Shown: piece after piece, positions 29,858 to 38,946 of the stretch
Numbering within the stretch: position 1 is the stretch's first letter
Layout of the letters: the number at the start of each line of letters is the position of its first letter
Assembly: GCA_043809585.1 (NCBI GenBank)
Contig: JBDROZ010000069.1
Coordinates: forward strand, 1-64,000
Length of the DNA stretch: 64,000 bases
From: Candidatus Eiseniibacteriota bacterium
GTDB lineage: Bacteria; Orphanbacterota; Orphanbacteria; Orphanbacterales; Orphanbacteraceae
Reading direction: 5' to 3'
Program-made: the position numbers and the translations under genes
The notes under the pieces: generated by a model
What the model was told of the DNA's origin: nothing
Database searches by the model: none
The model's input: the letters and a program-made list of their open reading frames with translations, nothing else

Positions 29858-30409
29858 ATGGAGATGAGAAGACTGATATCGGTCCTTCTGCTGCTCTTCG
29901 TGAACGTGCTCGCCGGGCAGGCGGAGGAATGGTATTTCGAGATGGACCTGGACGGGACGCCGGGAAACGGTCCCGACACGATCGAAGCGAGCACGGGGGA
30001 CTACATTGTCGGAAGGGTATGGATACACGGGCCGTGTCCGATCTTGGCCGTCGGGGCCGGGTTCTGCTCGCCCGGCGATGTGCTCCTGTATCAGGTCGGC
30101 ATGGAGGAGTATCTGGTGCCGGAATCGTGGACCACAGAGGAGATCGTGATCTCGGGAGATTGCGTCACGGCTCAGGCGACCGACTTCACCTGGGGAAGCC
30201 CCCTCACCCTTCCGGCGCCCCTCGTAGACCTGGTCTGGCGCGTGGCGGCAGATGAAGCTATCGGTGACCTGGTATGCGACAATGGGGCATTCCTTTCGAT
30301 CTGTATGGAAACCCCTCTTTTCGACCACTGTGACGGAGCCGCGGTCCGGGTAGGCGGCACGGCCACGGAAGAGACCGGCTGGGGGGCGATCAAGACACTC
30401 TTTCGATAG
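29858..30409 (+). CDS. Secreted Cys-containing protein with WGAIKTLFR tail (paralog 1)
   Basis: Signal peptide; shares FEMDLDGTPGNGPDT and YQVGMEEYL with the next gene. Confidence 0.8.
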   Translation: MEMRRLISVLLLLFVNVLAGQAEEWYFEMDLDGTPGNGPDTIEASTGDYIVGRVWIHGPCPILAVGAGFCSPGDVLLYQVGMEEYLVPESWTTEEIVISGDCVTAQATDFTWGSPLTLPAPLVDLVWRVAADEAIGDLVCDNGAFLSICMETPLFDHCDGAAVRVGGTATEETGWGAIKTLFR

Positions 30410-30482
30410 GGGGGCGGCTCGGGACTTTGGGATTCGCAAGGGATGCGAGGCAATCCGCCCGCGGCGGCGGGAGGGTGCGGGG

Positions 30483-31031
30483 ATGAAGAAGCTATTGCCC
30501 GTCCTTCTGGCTCTGTTCGTGAGCGTCGTCGCCGGAAGAGCCCAGTTCGGCTTCGAAATGGATCTCGACGGCACACCCGGGAACGGTCCGGATACGCTCG
30601 ACGCGAATTACGGGGATTTCGTGACGGGTCGCGTTTGGCTGTTCGGGACTTCCCCCCTCTTCAGCGTCGGCACCACATTTTGTACTCCGGGCGGTGCGCT
30701 CGAGTATCAGGTCGGCATGGAGGAGTACCTATTGCCGGAATCGTGGACCACGGCAGAAGCCGACACATTCGGCGGCTGCGTCTTGACCCAGGCGACCGAT
30801 TTCACCTTCGTGAATCCGATTTCTCTTCCCGCTCCGTTTGTCGACCTCGTTTGGCGTGTCGCGATCGATGAAGGCATCGGAGACATTGAATGCGACTTGG
30901 TCCACTCGGGATACATCTCGATCAATTGGATGGACGGCATATTCGATTTCTGTCACAGCGCCGCGGTCCGGATAGGCGGCACGGGCACGGAACGGACCGG
31001 CTGGGGGGCGATCAAGACCCTCTTTCGATAA
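30483..31031 (+). CDS. Secreted Cys-containing protein with WGAIKTLFR tail (paralog 2)
   Basis: Tandem duplicate of 29858-30409. Confidence 0.8.
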   Translation: MKKLLPVLLALFVSVVAGRAQFGFEMDLDGTPGNGPDTLDANYGDFVTGRVWLFGTSPLFSVGTTFCTPGGALEYQVGMEEYLLPESWTTAEADTFGGCVLTQATDFTFVNPISLPAPFVDLVWRVAIDEGIGDIECDLVHSGYISINWMDGIFDFCHSAAVRIGGTGTERTGWGAIKTLFR

Positions 31032-31043
31032 CCGGCCGGAATC

Positions 31044-31092
31044 AGCGAAAACGAAAACGGGACCGGCTTCGACGGCCGGTCCCGTATCTTTT
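31044..31092. terminator. Bidirectional intrinsic terminator
   Basis: AAAACGGGACCGGC...GCCGGTCCCGTATCTTTTT; near copy of 29692-29735. Confidence 0.75.
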
Positions 31093-31114
31093 TACCTTCG
31101 ATTTGCCGTCCCGA

Positions 31115-32746
31115 CTACGCCTCGTCCAGGAACGGGTAGCGGTAGTTCGTGGGCGGCGAGAATGTCTCCTTGATGGTCCGCGGACTGGTCCAGCGGATCA
31201 TGTTGAGCATGCTCCCCGCCTTGTCGTTCGTCCCGCTCGCCCGGCTCCCGCCGAAGGGCTGCTGGTTGACGACGGCGCCGGTCGGCTTGTCGTTGATGTA
31301 GAAGTTGCCCGCCGCGCTCCGGAGCGCCCGGGTCATCTCGACGATCGCCTTCCTATCCTGGGCGAAGATCGCGCCGGTGAGGGCGTAGGGGGATCCCTCG
31401 TCGCACAGTCGGAGCGCCCGGTCCAGGCTCCGGTCGTTGTAGACGTACACGCTGAGGACCGGGCCGAAGATCTCCTCCCGCATGGTGCGGACGTCGGGCC
31501 GCCGCGCCTGGATCACGGTCGGCTCGATGAAGTAGCCGGTCCGGGCGTCCGTGCCCCCGCCGAAGAGGACCGACGCGTCGCCGCTCCGCTTCGCGTAGGT
31601 GATGTACCCCTTGATGCTGTCGAAGGCGGCCCGGTCGATCACGGCGTTCATGAAGTGCGAGAAGTCCGCCGGGTCCCCCAGGGTGATCGTCCCCAGCTCC
31701 TCGAGGAGCATCTTCTTGAAGCGGGGCCAGAGGCTCTTCGGGATGAACGCCCGGGAGGCGGCGGAGCACTTCTGCCCCTGGTATTCGAAGGCGCCCCGGA
31801 TCGCGGCGGTCACGAGGGCCGGCAGATCCGCCGACGGGTGGGCGAAGATGAAGTCCTTCCCCCCCGTCTCGCCGACGATCCTCGGATAGCATTGATAGCT
31901 CCGGATGTTCCGGCCCACGGTCTCCCACATGCTCTGGAAGACGGCCGTGCTCCCCGTGAAGTGGATGCCGGCGAGGTCCGGGCTCGCGAGCACCGGATCG
32001 CCGACCTGGCCCCCCGGCCCCGGGACCATGTTGATGACCCCCGCCGGGAGGCCCGCCCTCTTCAAGATCTGCATGATGAAATGGGCCGAGTAGACGGCGC
32101 TCGACGCCGGCTTCCAGACCACCGTGTTCCCCATCATGGCCGGCGCCGTCGGCAGGTTCCCGGCGATGGACGTGAAGTTGAACGGCGTCACGGCGAAGAC
32201 GAAGCCGTCGAGGGGCCGGGCCTCGCTCATGTTCCACATGCCCGGTCCCGACACCGGCTGGGCCTCGAGGATCTGCTTCATGAAGTACGCGTTCAGCCGG
32301 AAGAAGTCGATCAGCTCGCACGCCGCGTCGATCTCCGCCTGGAACGCGCTCTTGCTCTGGCCCGCCATCGTCGCGGCGTTCAGGGTCTGCCTGGATTCGC
32401 CCGCGAGGAGGTCCGCCGCCTTCAGAAAGATCGCGGCCCGCGCCTCCCAGGGCATGCGGGACCATTCGTCCTTCGCCTTGGCGGCGGCCCCGATCGCCAG
32501 CGCCACTTCTTCCTTCCCCGCCTTGTGGTAGACGCCGAGCACGTGGCGGTGGTCGTGGGGCATGACGCATTCGGCGAGCCGCCCGGTCCGCACCGACCGC
32601 CCCCCGATGACGCAGGGGATGTCGATCTTCTTCGACGAGAGCCGGGAGAGCTCCCTCTTCAGTTCGTCCCGCTCCTTCGACCCGGGCGCGTAGGAGAGAA
32701 CGGGCTCGTTCTTCGGCAACTCGATCTTCGGGATTCCTTGGATCAT
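31115..32746 (-). CDS. pruA: L-glutamate gamma-semialdehyde (P5C) dehydrogenase
   Basis: NEPVLSYAPGS, PFNFTSI, ETGGKDF, FEYQGQKCSA, EEIFGP, QQPFGGSRASGTNDKAG. Confidence 0.95.
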   Translation of the reverse strand: MIQGIPKIELPKNEPVLSYAPGSKERDELKRELSRLSSKKIDIPCVIGGRSVRTGRLAECVMPHDHRHVLGVYHKAGKEEVALAIGAAAKAKDEWSRMPWEARAAIFLKAADLLAGESRQTLNAATMAGQSKSAFQAEIDAACELIDFFRLNAYFMKQILEAQPVSGPGMWNMSEARPLDGFVFAVTPFNFTSIAGNLPTAPAMMGNTVVWKPASSAVYSAHFIMQILKRAGLPAGVINMVPGPGGQVGDPVLASPDLAGIHFTGSTAVFQSMWETVGRNIRSYQCYPRIVGETGGKDFIFAHPSADLPALVTAAIRGAFEYQGQKCSAASRAFIPKSLWPRFKKMLLEELGTITLGDPADFSHFMNAVIDRAAFDSIKGYITYAKRSGDASVLFGGGTDARTGYFIEPTVIQARRPDVRTMREEIFGPVLSVYVYNDRSLDRALRLCDEGSPYALTGAIFAQDRKAIVEMTRALRSAAGNFYINDKPTGAVVNQQPFGGSRASGTNDKAGSMLNMIRWTSPRTIKETFSPPTNYRYPFLDEA

Positions 32747-32854
32747 GGAAGGCCTCCGGTGGAGAGAATCATCTCCCGCCGCCCTCCGGGAAGCGGCGCA
32801 AAAGGGTATCTATCTCGTTAAGAAAGTGGAGCTTAGCAGATGACGGACGAGGGG

Positions 32855-33844
32855 TCAACCGCGGACGGGAGGGAGCACGCCCGCCCCATCCTCCGACGGC
32901 TCCGTCGGTTGCGGGACCCCGTTCTTCCGCGGATGCCCGAAGCGATCCCGGAAAGCGCCGGCGACACCGATCAGAACGAGCGCAGTCCCGGCGATCGTCC
33001 AGGGGGTGATCGACTCGCGGAGGACGATCCACCCGAGGAAGACGGCGATGACGGGGTTCACGTAGGCGTAGGTCATGGTGATGCTGATCGGGAGGAGGCG
33101 GAGCGCCGAGACGAAAGACGTGAAGGCGAGGATCGACCCGGCCAGGACCAAGTATGCCCACGCCCCCCACGCCGCGGCGGTCGGCAAGGGCACCGGCTCC
33201 CGGGTCAGCATCATGCAGATCCCGAGCCCGAGGGCGCCGAAGAGCTGATGGTAGCCGGAGAGGACGGCCGGCGGGAGGTCGAGGGGGCGCCGGCGGAGCA
33301 CGATCGATCCGGCGCCCCACGTGATCGGCGCGAGGAGGAGGGCGGCCACGCCGAGGTGGTCGGCCCGGGACCCGGCTTGGATCACGGGCCAGGTCAGGAG
33401 GCCGAGGCCGGTGAAGCCGACGACCAGGGAGCCCGCGAGGAGCGCCGAGGGGGGGCGGCGGTCGAGGGCGGCCTCCATCAGGGTGACCCAGATCGGCATG
33501 GATCCGACGATGAGGGCGGCGTAGCCCGAGTCGGCCCGCTGCTCCGCCCAGACCACCATGCCGTTCCCGCCGACCCAGAGGAGCACGCCCGTGACGGCGA
33601 GGAGGGCGAGCTCCCCGGGTTTGAGCCTAATCGAGGAACCCCGGAGCGCCGCCCAGCCGAGGAGAACGCACCCCGCCACGGCGACCCGCATCGCCGCCAT
33701 CGTGAAGGGGGGAAACCCGGAGCCCTCGCGAACGGCGATCCGGATGGCGAGGTAGGTGCTCCCCCAGACGACGTAGACCACCATCAGGTGGATCAATCCG
33801 GCGAGAGGCGGGCCGCCTTCGGGGGCTCTCCTCGCAAGTTTCAT
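32855..33844 (-). CDS. EamA/DMT family transporter
   Basis: VYVVWGSTYLAI, YAYVNPVIAVFLG; about 10 TM helices. Confidence 0.92.
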   Translation of the reverse strand: MKLARRAPEGGPPLAGLIHLMVVYVVWGSTYLAIRIAVREGSGFPPFTMAAMRVAVAGCVLLGWAALRGSSIRLKPGELALLAVTGVLLWVGGNGMVVWAEQRADSGYAALIVGSMPIWVTLMEAALDRRPPSALLAGSLVVGFTGLGLLTWPVIQAGSRADHLGVAALLLAPITWGAGSIVLRRRPLDLPPAVLSGYHQLFGALGLGICMMLTREPVPLPTAAAWGAWAYLVLAGSILAFTSFVSALRLLPISITMTYAYVNPVIAVFLGWIVLRESITPWTIAGTALVLIGVAGAFRDRFGHPRKNGVPQPTEPSEDGAGVLPPVRG

Positions 33845-34005
33845 GGTCCGGTTTCCTCCGATGCCCTCCATCCGTTCGTTTCTCGTGCCGCTATGATCTC
33901 ACAATCCGCCGTTCGGGAGTGGCGGGAAAGGGACCCGTTTTCTATTACAATGTAGGTACGAGCGCCGTTCTTCCCCGGCCCGACCCTGTTCTCCCGGAGG
34001 TATCC

Positions 34006-34932
34006 ATGTCGACTACTCCCGCCCCGTTCATTGTCGCCGCGGCCCAGCATTCCCCGGTCTTCATGAACCGGGAGGAGTCGGTCGCGAAAGCGTGCGGCAT
34101 CATCGACGAAGCCGCGAAGGCCGGCGCGAAGCCGGTCGTCTTCCCGGAGGCGTTCATTCCGGCCTATCCTGACTGGGTGTGGGTGCTTCGGAGCAGCGAC
34201 TCGATGGCGCTGAACGGACTCTACCGGGAGCTTTTGGAGAACGCCGTCACCATCCCTGACGAGTCCACCGACCGGCTCCGGGAAGCGGCGAGGTCGGCAG
34301 GCATTCATGTCGCCATCGGCGTGAACGAGCGGAACGGAGAGGGTTCCGGTGCGAGCCTGCTGAACACCCTTCTCTACATTTCCAACCGGGGAGAGATCCT
34401 GGGCGCCCACCGGAAACTGATGCCGACGGGTGGGGAGAGGACCGTGTGGGGCCAAGGGGACGGGAGTTCGCTCCTCTCCTTCGAGACCACCGTCGGCAAA
34501 CTGGGCGGCCTCCTCTGCTGGGAGAACTACATGCCTCTCGCCCGTCAGGCGATCTATCAGATGGGCGTTCAGATCCACGTGGCGCCCACGTGGGACTCGG
34601 GCGAGCCGTGGCTCCTCGCCATGCGTCACATCGCTCGGGAGGGGGGGATGTACGTGGTGAACTGCTGCCAGGCGATCCGCATCGACGAGATCCCTGACCG
34701 GTACGAGTTCAAGGCGAACTACCCCGAAGGCCGGGAGTGGGTCAATCCGGGGAACAGCTGCATCGTCGATCCGACGGGAAAGGTGATCGCCGGTCCCGCG
34801 AAGGGGACACAGGAGATCCTCTACGCCGAGGTCGATCTCGGCCTGATTCCCGCGGCGAAGCGGATGTTCGACGCCGCCGGCCACTACGCCCGCCCCGACG
34901 TCTTCCGGTTTCACGTGAACCGGCGGGGGTAG
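34006..34932 (+). CDS. Nitrilase (carbon-nitrogen hydrolase)
   Basis: FPEAF, HRKLMPT and CWEN (Glu-Lys-Cys triad), GHYARPD. Confidence 0.92.
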   Translation: MSTTPAPFIVAAAQHSPVFMNREESVAKACGIIDEAAKAGAKPVVFPEAFIPAYPDWVWVLRSSDSMALNGLYRELLENAVTIPDESTDRLREAARSAGIHVAIGVNERNGEGSGASLLNTLLYISNRGEILGAHRKLMPTGGERTVWGQGDGSSLLSFETTVGKLGGLLCWENYMPLARQAIYQMGVQIHVAPTWDSGEPWLLAMRHIAREGGMYVVNCCQAIRIDEIPDRYEFKANYPEGREWVNPGNSCIVDPTGKVIAGPAKGTQEILYAEVDLGLIPAAKRMFDAAGHYARPDVFRFHVNRRG

Positions 34933-35010
34933 GAGATCCGGCCTGTCACACCTCCCGCGGAGCCTCGTACTCTGTCTTGTGGGGGCTGCCCCGGGCGTCA
35001 CCGGAGTTGA

Positions 35011-35631
35011 TCGGAAGCGTCCGATGACATATCATGTGTCTGGATCTTCGATGCCTCCGATCGGATCGCCGGAACGGGCGATTCCGCGGCCCTTCCCCGC
35101 CCCACGAACGAGATCCACGTCCCGGCCGTCCGAAACGTCTACCGAACTAAACTGACGCCCGAGGGGGACGAGATCCTCTATACCGTCACGAAGACGTCGG
35201 GATCGGCGAACGCCGGCCACGGAATCGCCGTCGGCGGCGAAGGGGACGTGTACTTCACCGGCGCGGAAAACGTACCGGCCGAGTTCTGCGTATCCAGGAT
35301 CTCGGAGGGGAGCACGGTCGCCACCTCCGTCGAGACCGGGCCGGCCGTCGTCACGAGGACGCACCTCTTCGAGCCGCGACCGAACCCCTTCAACCCGACT
35401 ACGTCGATCCGCTTCGCCATTCCCGAGGCGTCCCGGGTCCGTCTCGCCGTGTACGATGCGGCGGGGCGCCTCGTGTCGATCCTCGCCGACGGTTCCTTCC
35501 CCGTGGGCGAGTTCGAGCGTATTGGGGATGGTCGGGATCAGGCGGGGCGGGCGGCGCCGTCGGGGGTCTACTTCGCCCGTCTCCAAGCGGATCGGCGGGC
35601 GGACACGAAGAAGCTGGTCCTGGTTCGATGA
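35011..35631 (+). pseudogene. 5'-truncated remnant of an SBBP-repeat/FlgD C-terminal-domain protein
   Basis: The frame is open from 35011 (…GHGIAVGGEGDVYFTG…PNPFNP…KKLVLVR) but has no credible start or signal peptide. Confidence 0.6.
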
Positions 35632-36297
35632 GATCGTCTCCCTGTGAGTGGGTATGTCGGATGTTCAGGGCGAGGCCCCGGTGTGCCTACCAAAGAACTC
35701 GTCCGCGTCGGACTCGAAGAGGTTACGAAAGGCCGAGATCCAGGTCGGATTCAAGCCTGCTTGATCAGATTAGCGATCTCCGGCCAATGTCCAGACGGTG
35801 ACGGAGGAGATTCTGCGGCGAAAGATCTGCTTTCCATCAATAGGGGGGCATGTGGGAACCCCGTATTCTGTACCGTTTCTGCCTTGCTGCCGAACGAGTG
35901 GCGCACCTGAATTATTCGGAAACGCATGCCGATTTCGGACCCATCTGGCGTGGTAGCTCTAAGCCCCAGAATGGGTTGCCCGTTCTGTGCCCAGGGACAA
36001 GCCGCCAATCAGCCCAATATCCGGTCCTGACTTACGTTATCTCGAAAGCTGGTCACCTCCCGATCGCTCTGTCGCTGAAACAGGGGTATGCCGCGTAATT
36101 CTCACGTAACAACCTGGCTCTATACTCACGTGCAGAAGCTGGTGATTGACGCACAGCTTGGCCCGCGCCACACCCGATTAAGGGAGTAAGGTGGAAATCG
36201 CCATACGGCATTTCCAAAATCGCGAGTCCGCAATCGCCTGCCGGCCGATGTCACGTTCATACGAACGCCTTCGGCGCGGTAGGAGAGGAGGTATTCC

Positions 36298-37200
36298 ATG
36301 AGAAGGCTGGTCGCACTTCTGGTTTTTCTGTCGGTCCTATCCATCACCTCGGCGTCGGCCCAGTTGCTCTTTTCCGACGATTTCGAAGCCGGTGCGCGTC
36401 CGGAATGGGGCAATGAGTATGGAGCATGGATCGCCAGCAACGGCGTCTACTCCGCATCATTGCCCAATAACGACCCTCCCACCTATTCGAGCGTGACCAG
36501 CTTGCCCGATCTGACCGATTTTGTCGTCGAGATCGATATCCTCGATACTCGAGACGGCGGCGTCTTTCTGCGAAGTCGGCGTTGCGCCAACGAGCAGATC
36601 GAAGGCGTGCTCTTTCTCGTGGGCGGGTTCGGCGGGTCTTACCACGGTTGCTACTGGCACATCTGGACCTGCACCGGAAGCGGCCCACCTCTCCAAACGG
36701 TGGAGGTTCCTGGGTTGCAGGGCAATGATATCCACATTCGGCTTGTCGTCACCGGAGATACGTACACCGCGTACCTCAACGACGATCCGACCCCGGTCAA
36801 CAGCCTCGTTACCGACGCATACTCCTCCGGGAAGGTAGCGCTCTACGAGTTCGTTGATCAGTCCTTTGACAACGTGACCATCACCGGGGTGGCAACCGGT
36901 GTTCACGAAGGCACGGTTCCGCCGCGTGCCCGACAGTGCTCGCTCTATCCCAATCCGTTCAATCCCAGTGCTTCCGTGTGGTTGGATCTTCCGAGGGCCG
37001 AGTTCATCAGAGTCGAGGTCTTTAACACAATCGGCAGGCTCGTCGCCACTCTTCACGAGGGCGTGACGGGCCCGGGTCGAGTGGAGATTCCCTGGGATGG
37101 GCGCAGCGACATAGGTACTCGCGCTTCCAGCGGGATCTACTACTTTCGCGCTTCCGGAACAACGGACCAGACAGTAGTGAAGGGAGTTCTGTCGAGATAA
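36298..37200 (+). CDS. Secreted DUF1080/ConA-like beta-sandwich protein with FlgD-type C-terminal domain
   Basis: Signal peptide, FSDDFE, DGGVFLR, SGKVAL...FDNV, YPNPFNP; lower GC than the flanks. Confidence 0.75.
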   Translation: MRRLVALLVFLSVLSITSASAQLLFSDDFEAGARPEWGNEYGAWIASNGVYSASLPNNDPPTYSSVTSLPDLTDFVVEIDILDTRDGGVFLRSRRCANEQIEGVLFLVGGFGGSYHGCYWHIWTCTGSGPPLQTVEVPGLQGNDIHIRLVVTGDTYTAYLNDDPTPVNSLVTDAYSSGKVALYEFVDQSFDNVTITGVATGVHEGTVPPRARQCSLYPNPFNPSASVWLDLPRAEFIRVEVFNTIGRLVATLHEGVTGPGRVEIPWDGRSDIGTRASSGIYYFRASGTTDQTVVKGVLSR

Positions 37201-37354
37201 CGGGGGCGATTCCTGCTCGAAGCGCTTCGGGGCTCCAACAAAACCGGGCCGATTCTTGTCCCTGCAACAACTCGTCCGCTTCTCTCCTCGCCCACACGCC
37301 GAGAAGACGGGCAGAGCAGGGTGGTTCTGCCCGGCAGCGCCCCGCTGCGCTGAA

Positions 37355-37390
37355 GGGAGAGAGAGCTCCGGTTCCATGGCTCTCTCTCCC
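37355..37390. terminator. Hairpin between convergent genes
   Basis: GGGAGAGAGAGC-N12-GCTCTCTCTCCC. Confidence 0.6.
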
Positions 37391-37417
37391 CGAAGCGTAT
37401 CGGCCGGCACCTTCTCC

Positions 37418-38926
37418 CTACTCCAGCGTCATCGGGTCCCGGAGCGGAAGGATCGTGACCTCCCCGAAATCGGAGAAGCGCTCTTCGTGTTCGTCCGATC
37501 CCGCTTCGACCGCGTCCGGGTCTCCGACGACCAGGAAGACGAGCCGGTCGGGATGGAGGTGCTCCCGGGCGGCGGCCTGCACGTCCTCGGGGGTCACGGC
37601 CTTCATGTGGTCCGTGTACTCCGCCCAGTAACCGTCGGGCCGGTCCGTGTAGTCGTCGGACGCGAAGGTGTTGACGATCGCCCGCCGGCTGCTGAAGGGG
37701 TTGACCACGTCGCTGATGAAGCCCGCCTTCGCGTTTTCCACCGCCTCGGGATCGCACTTCTCGTCGATCATGCGGCGGATCTCCTCGAGGATGATCGCCG
37801 TGCCGAACGCCGCCGTGGCGTGCTTGGTCTGGAACCACGCCCGGAACGTGCCCGGATACTCCACCGGGCGGTCGAACCAGCTCCCCGCGTTGTAGGCCAG
37901 GCCCTCGTCGGAGCGGACCCGCCGCACGATGCGGGAGGTGAACCCGCCGCCGCCGAGGATCTCGTTCATCACCATGAGGGCGTACTGGTCGGGAATGTCC
38001 CGCTTCACGCCGAGATGGCCGACCCGGATCCGGGACTGATTGACGTCCTCCTTGGCGATCATGTAGACGCCGGGCTTCGGGGGGGGGATGTCGTCCGGGA
38101 CCGCCGGCAGGGTCAGCGCCCGGTCCGGCCAACCCTCGAGCATGGCGTCGAGCTTGGCGAGAATTCCGGCCGTTTCGAAATCCCCCGAGACGGCGACGAC
38201 GAAGTTCTTCGGGAAGAAGTGATTCCGGTGATAGGCGACGAGATCCTCCCGGGTGATCGACTTCACCGAGGCGGCGGTCCGGCGATACGGGACCGTGCAC
38301 GGGTGGTCGCCGTAGATCAGGAACTGCCATTCCCGGCTCTCGATGGAGGACGTCGAGCTGTTCCGCTGCTCCAGGTCGGAGAGCACGTCGGTCCGGTAAC
38401 GCTCGATCAGGGCCGGATCGAAGGCGGGCCTCCGGAGAACCTTGGCGAAAAGGTCGAGGCCCTCGTCGATGTCCTTGGAGAGGCAGAAGAGGTCCGCCCT
38501 TCCCCGGTCGTTTCCGATGGAGACCGAAATCTCCGCGGCGAGAAGGGCGATCCGCTCGTCGAACTCCCGGGCCGTCATCCCCTCGACGCCGCCGTTCCGC
38601 ATCAGGTGGGCGGTCATGTCGCCGAGGCCCGCCTTCTCGACAGGCTCGTACATTTCTCCCGTCCGGACGAGCACCGTCAGATCGAACGTCGGCACCTCGT
38701 GGTTTTCCGCGACGTAGACCGTGGCGCCGCACCGCAGGGTTCGGCGGAATTCCGCGGGGGCGGGCGGCCGGTAGTCGAGCTCCTCGAACTTCAGCTTGTC
38801 CGGGTGGTCGACGATCTTCCCCGAAATGGCCGGGGAGGGCCGGAAAAGCACGGCCGTTGCGATCAGGAGGCAGAGAAGGGTCGCCGCGCGGGGACTCACC
38901 GGAATGGATAGTCGGCTCATCGTCAT
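37418..38926 (-). CDS. M16 peptidase, non-catalytic subunit
   Basis: M16 fold motifs (ILGGGGFTSR, VRSDEGLAY); no HxxEH. Confidence 0.88.
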   Translation of the reverse strand: MTMSRLSIPVSPRAATLLCLLIATAVLFRPSPAISGKIVDHPDKLKFEELDYRPPAPAEFRRTLRCGATVYVAENHEVPTFDLTVLVRTGEMYEPVEKAGLGDMTAHLMRNGGVEGMTAREFDERIALLAAEISVSIGNDRGRADLFCLSKDIDEGLDLFAKVLRRPAFDPALIERYRTDVLSDLEQRNSSTSSIESREWQFLIYGDHPCTVPYRRTAASVKSITREDLVAYHRNHFFPKNFVVAVSGDFETAGILAKLDAMLEGWPDRALTLPAVPDDIPPPKPGVYMIAKEDVNQSRIRVGHLGVKRDIPDQYALMVMNEILGGGGFTSRIVRRVRSDEGLAYNAGSWFDRPVEYPGTFRAWFQTKHATAAFGTAIILEEIRRMIDEKCDPEAVENAKAGFISDVVNPFSSRRAIVNTFASDDYTDRPDGYWAEYTDHMKAVTPEDVQAAAREHLHPDRLVFLVVGDPDAVEAGSDEHEERFSDFGEVTILPLRDPMTLE

Positions 38927-38946
38927 ATCTCCTCCCGTCCTCCGCC

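Noticed and set aside
27503-30574. 1023-aa minus-strand ORF and similar long antisense or alternate-frame ORFs (e.g. 41984-44293, 30890-32821, 53691-55478)
   Set aside because: Shadow frames of real genes in high-GC DNA; Arg/Pro/Gly-rich or motif-free, and they overlap well-supported CDSs.
35008-35010. TGA upstream of the SBBP/FlgD remnant as a third Sec codon
   Set aside because: No CxxC-like context, start codon or signal peptide upstream; the nitrilase ends only about 75 nt before.
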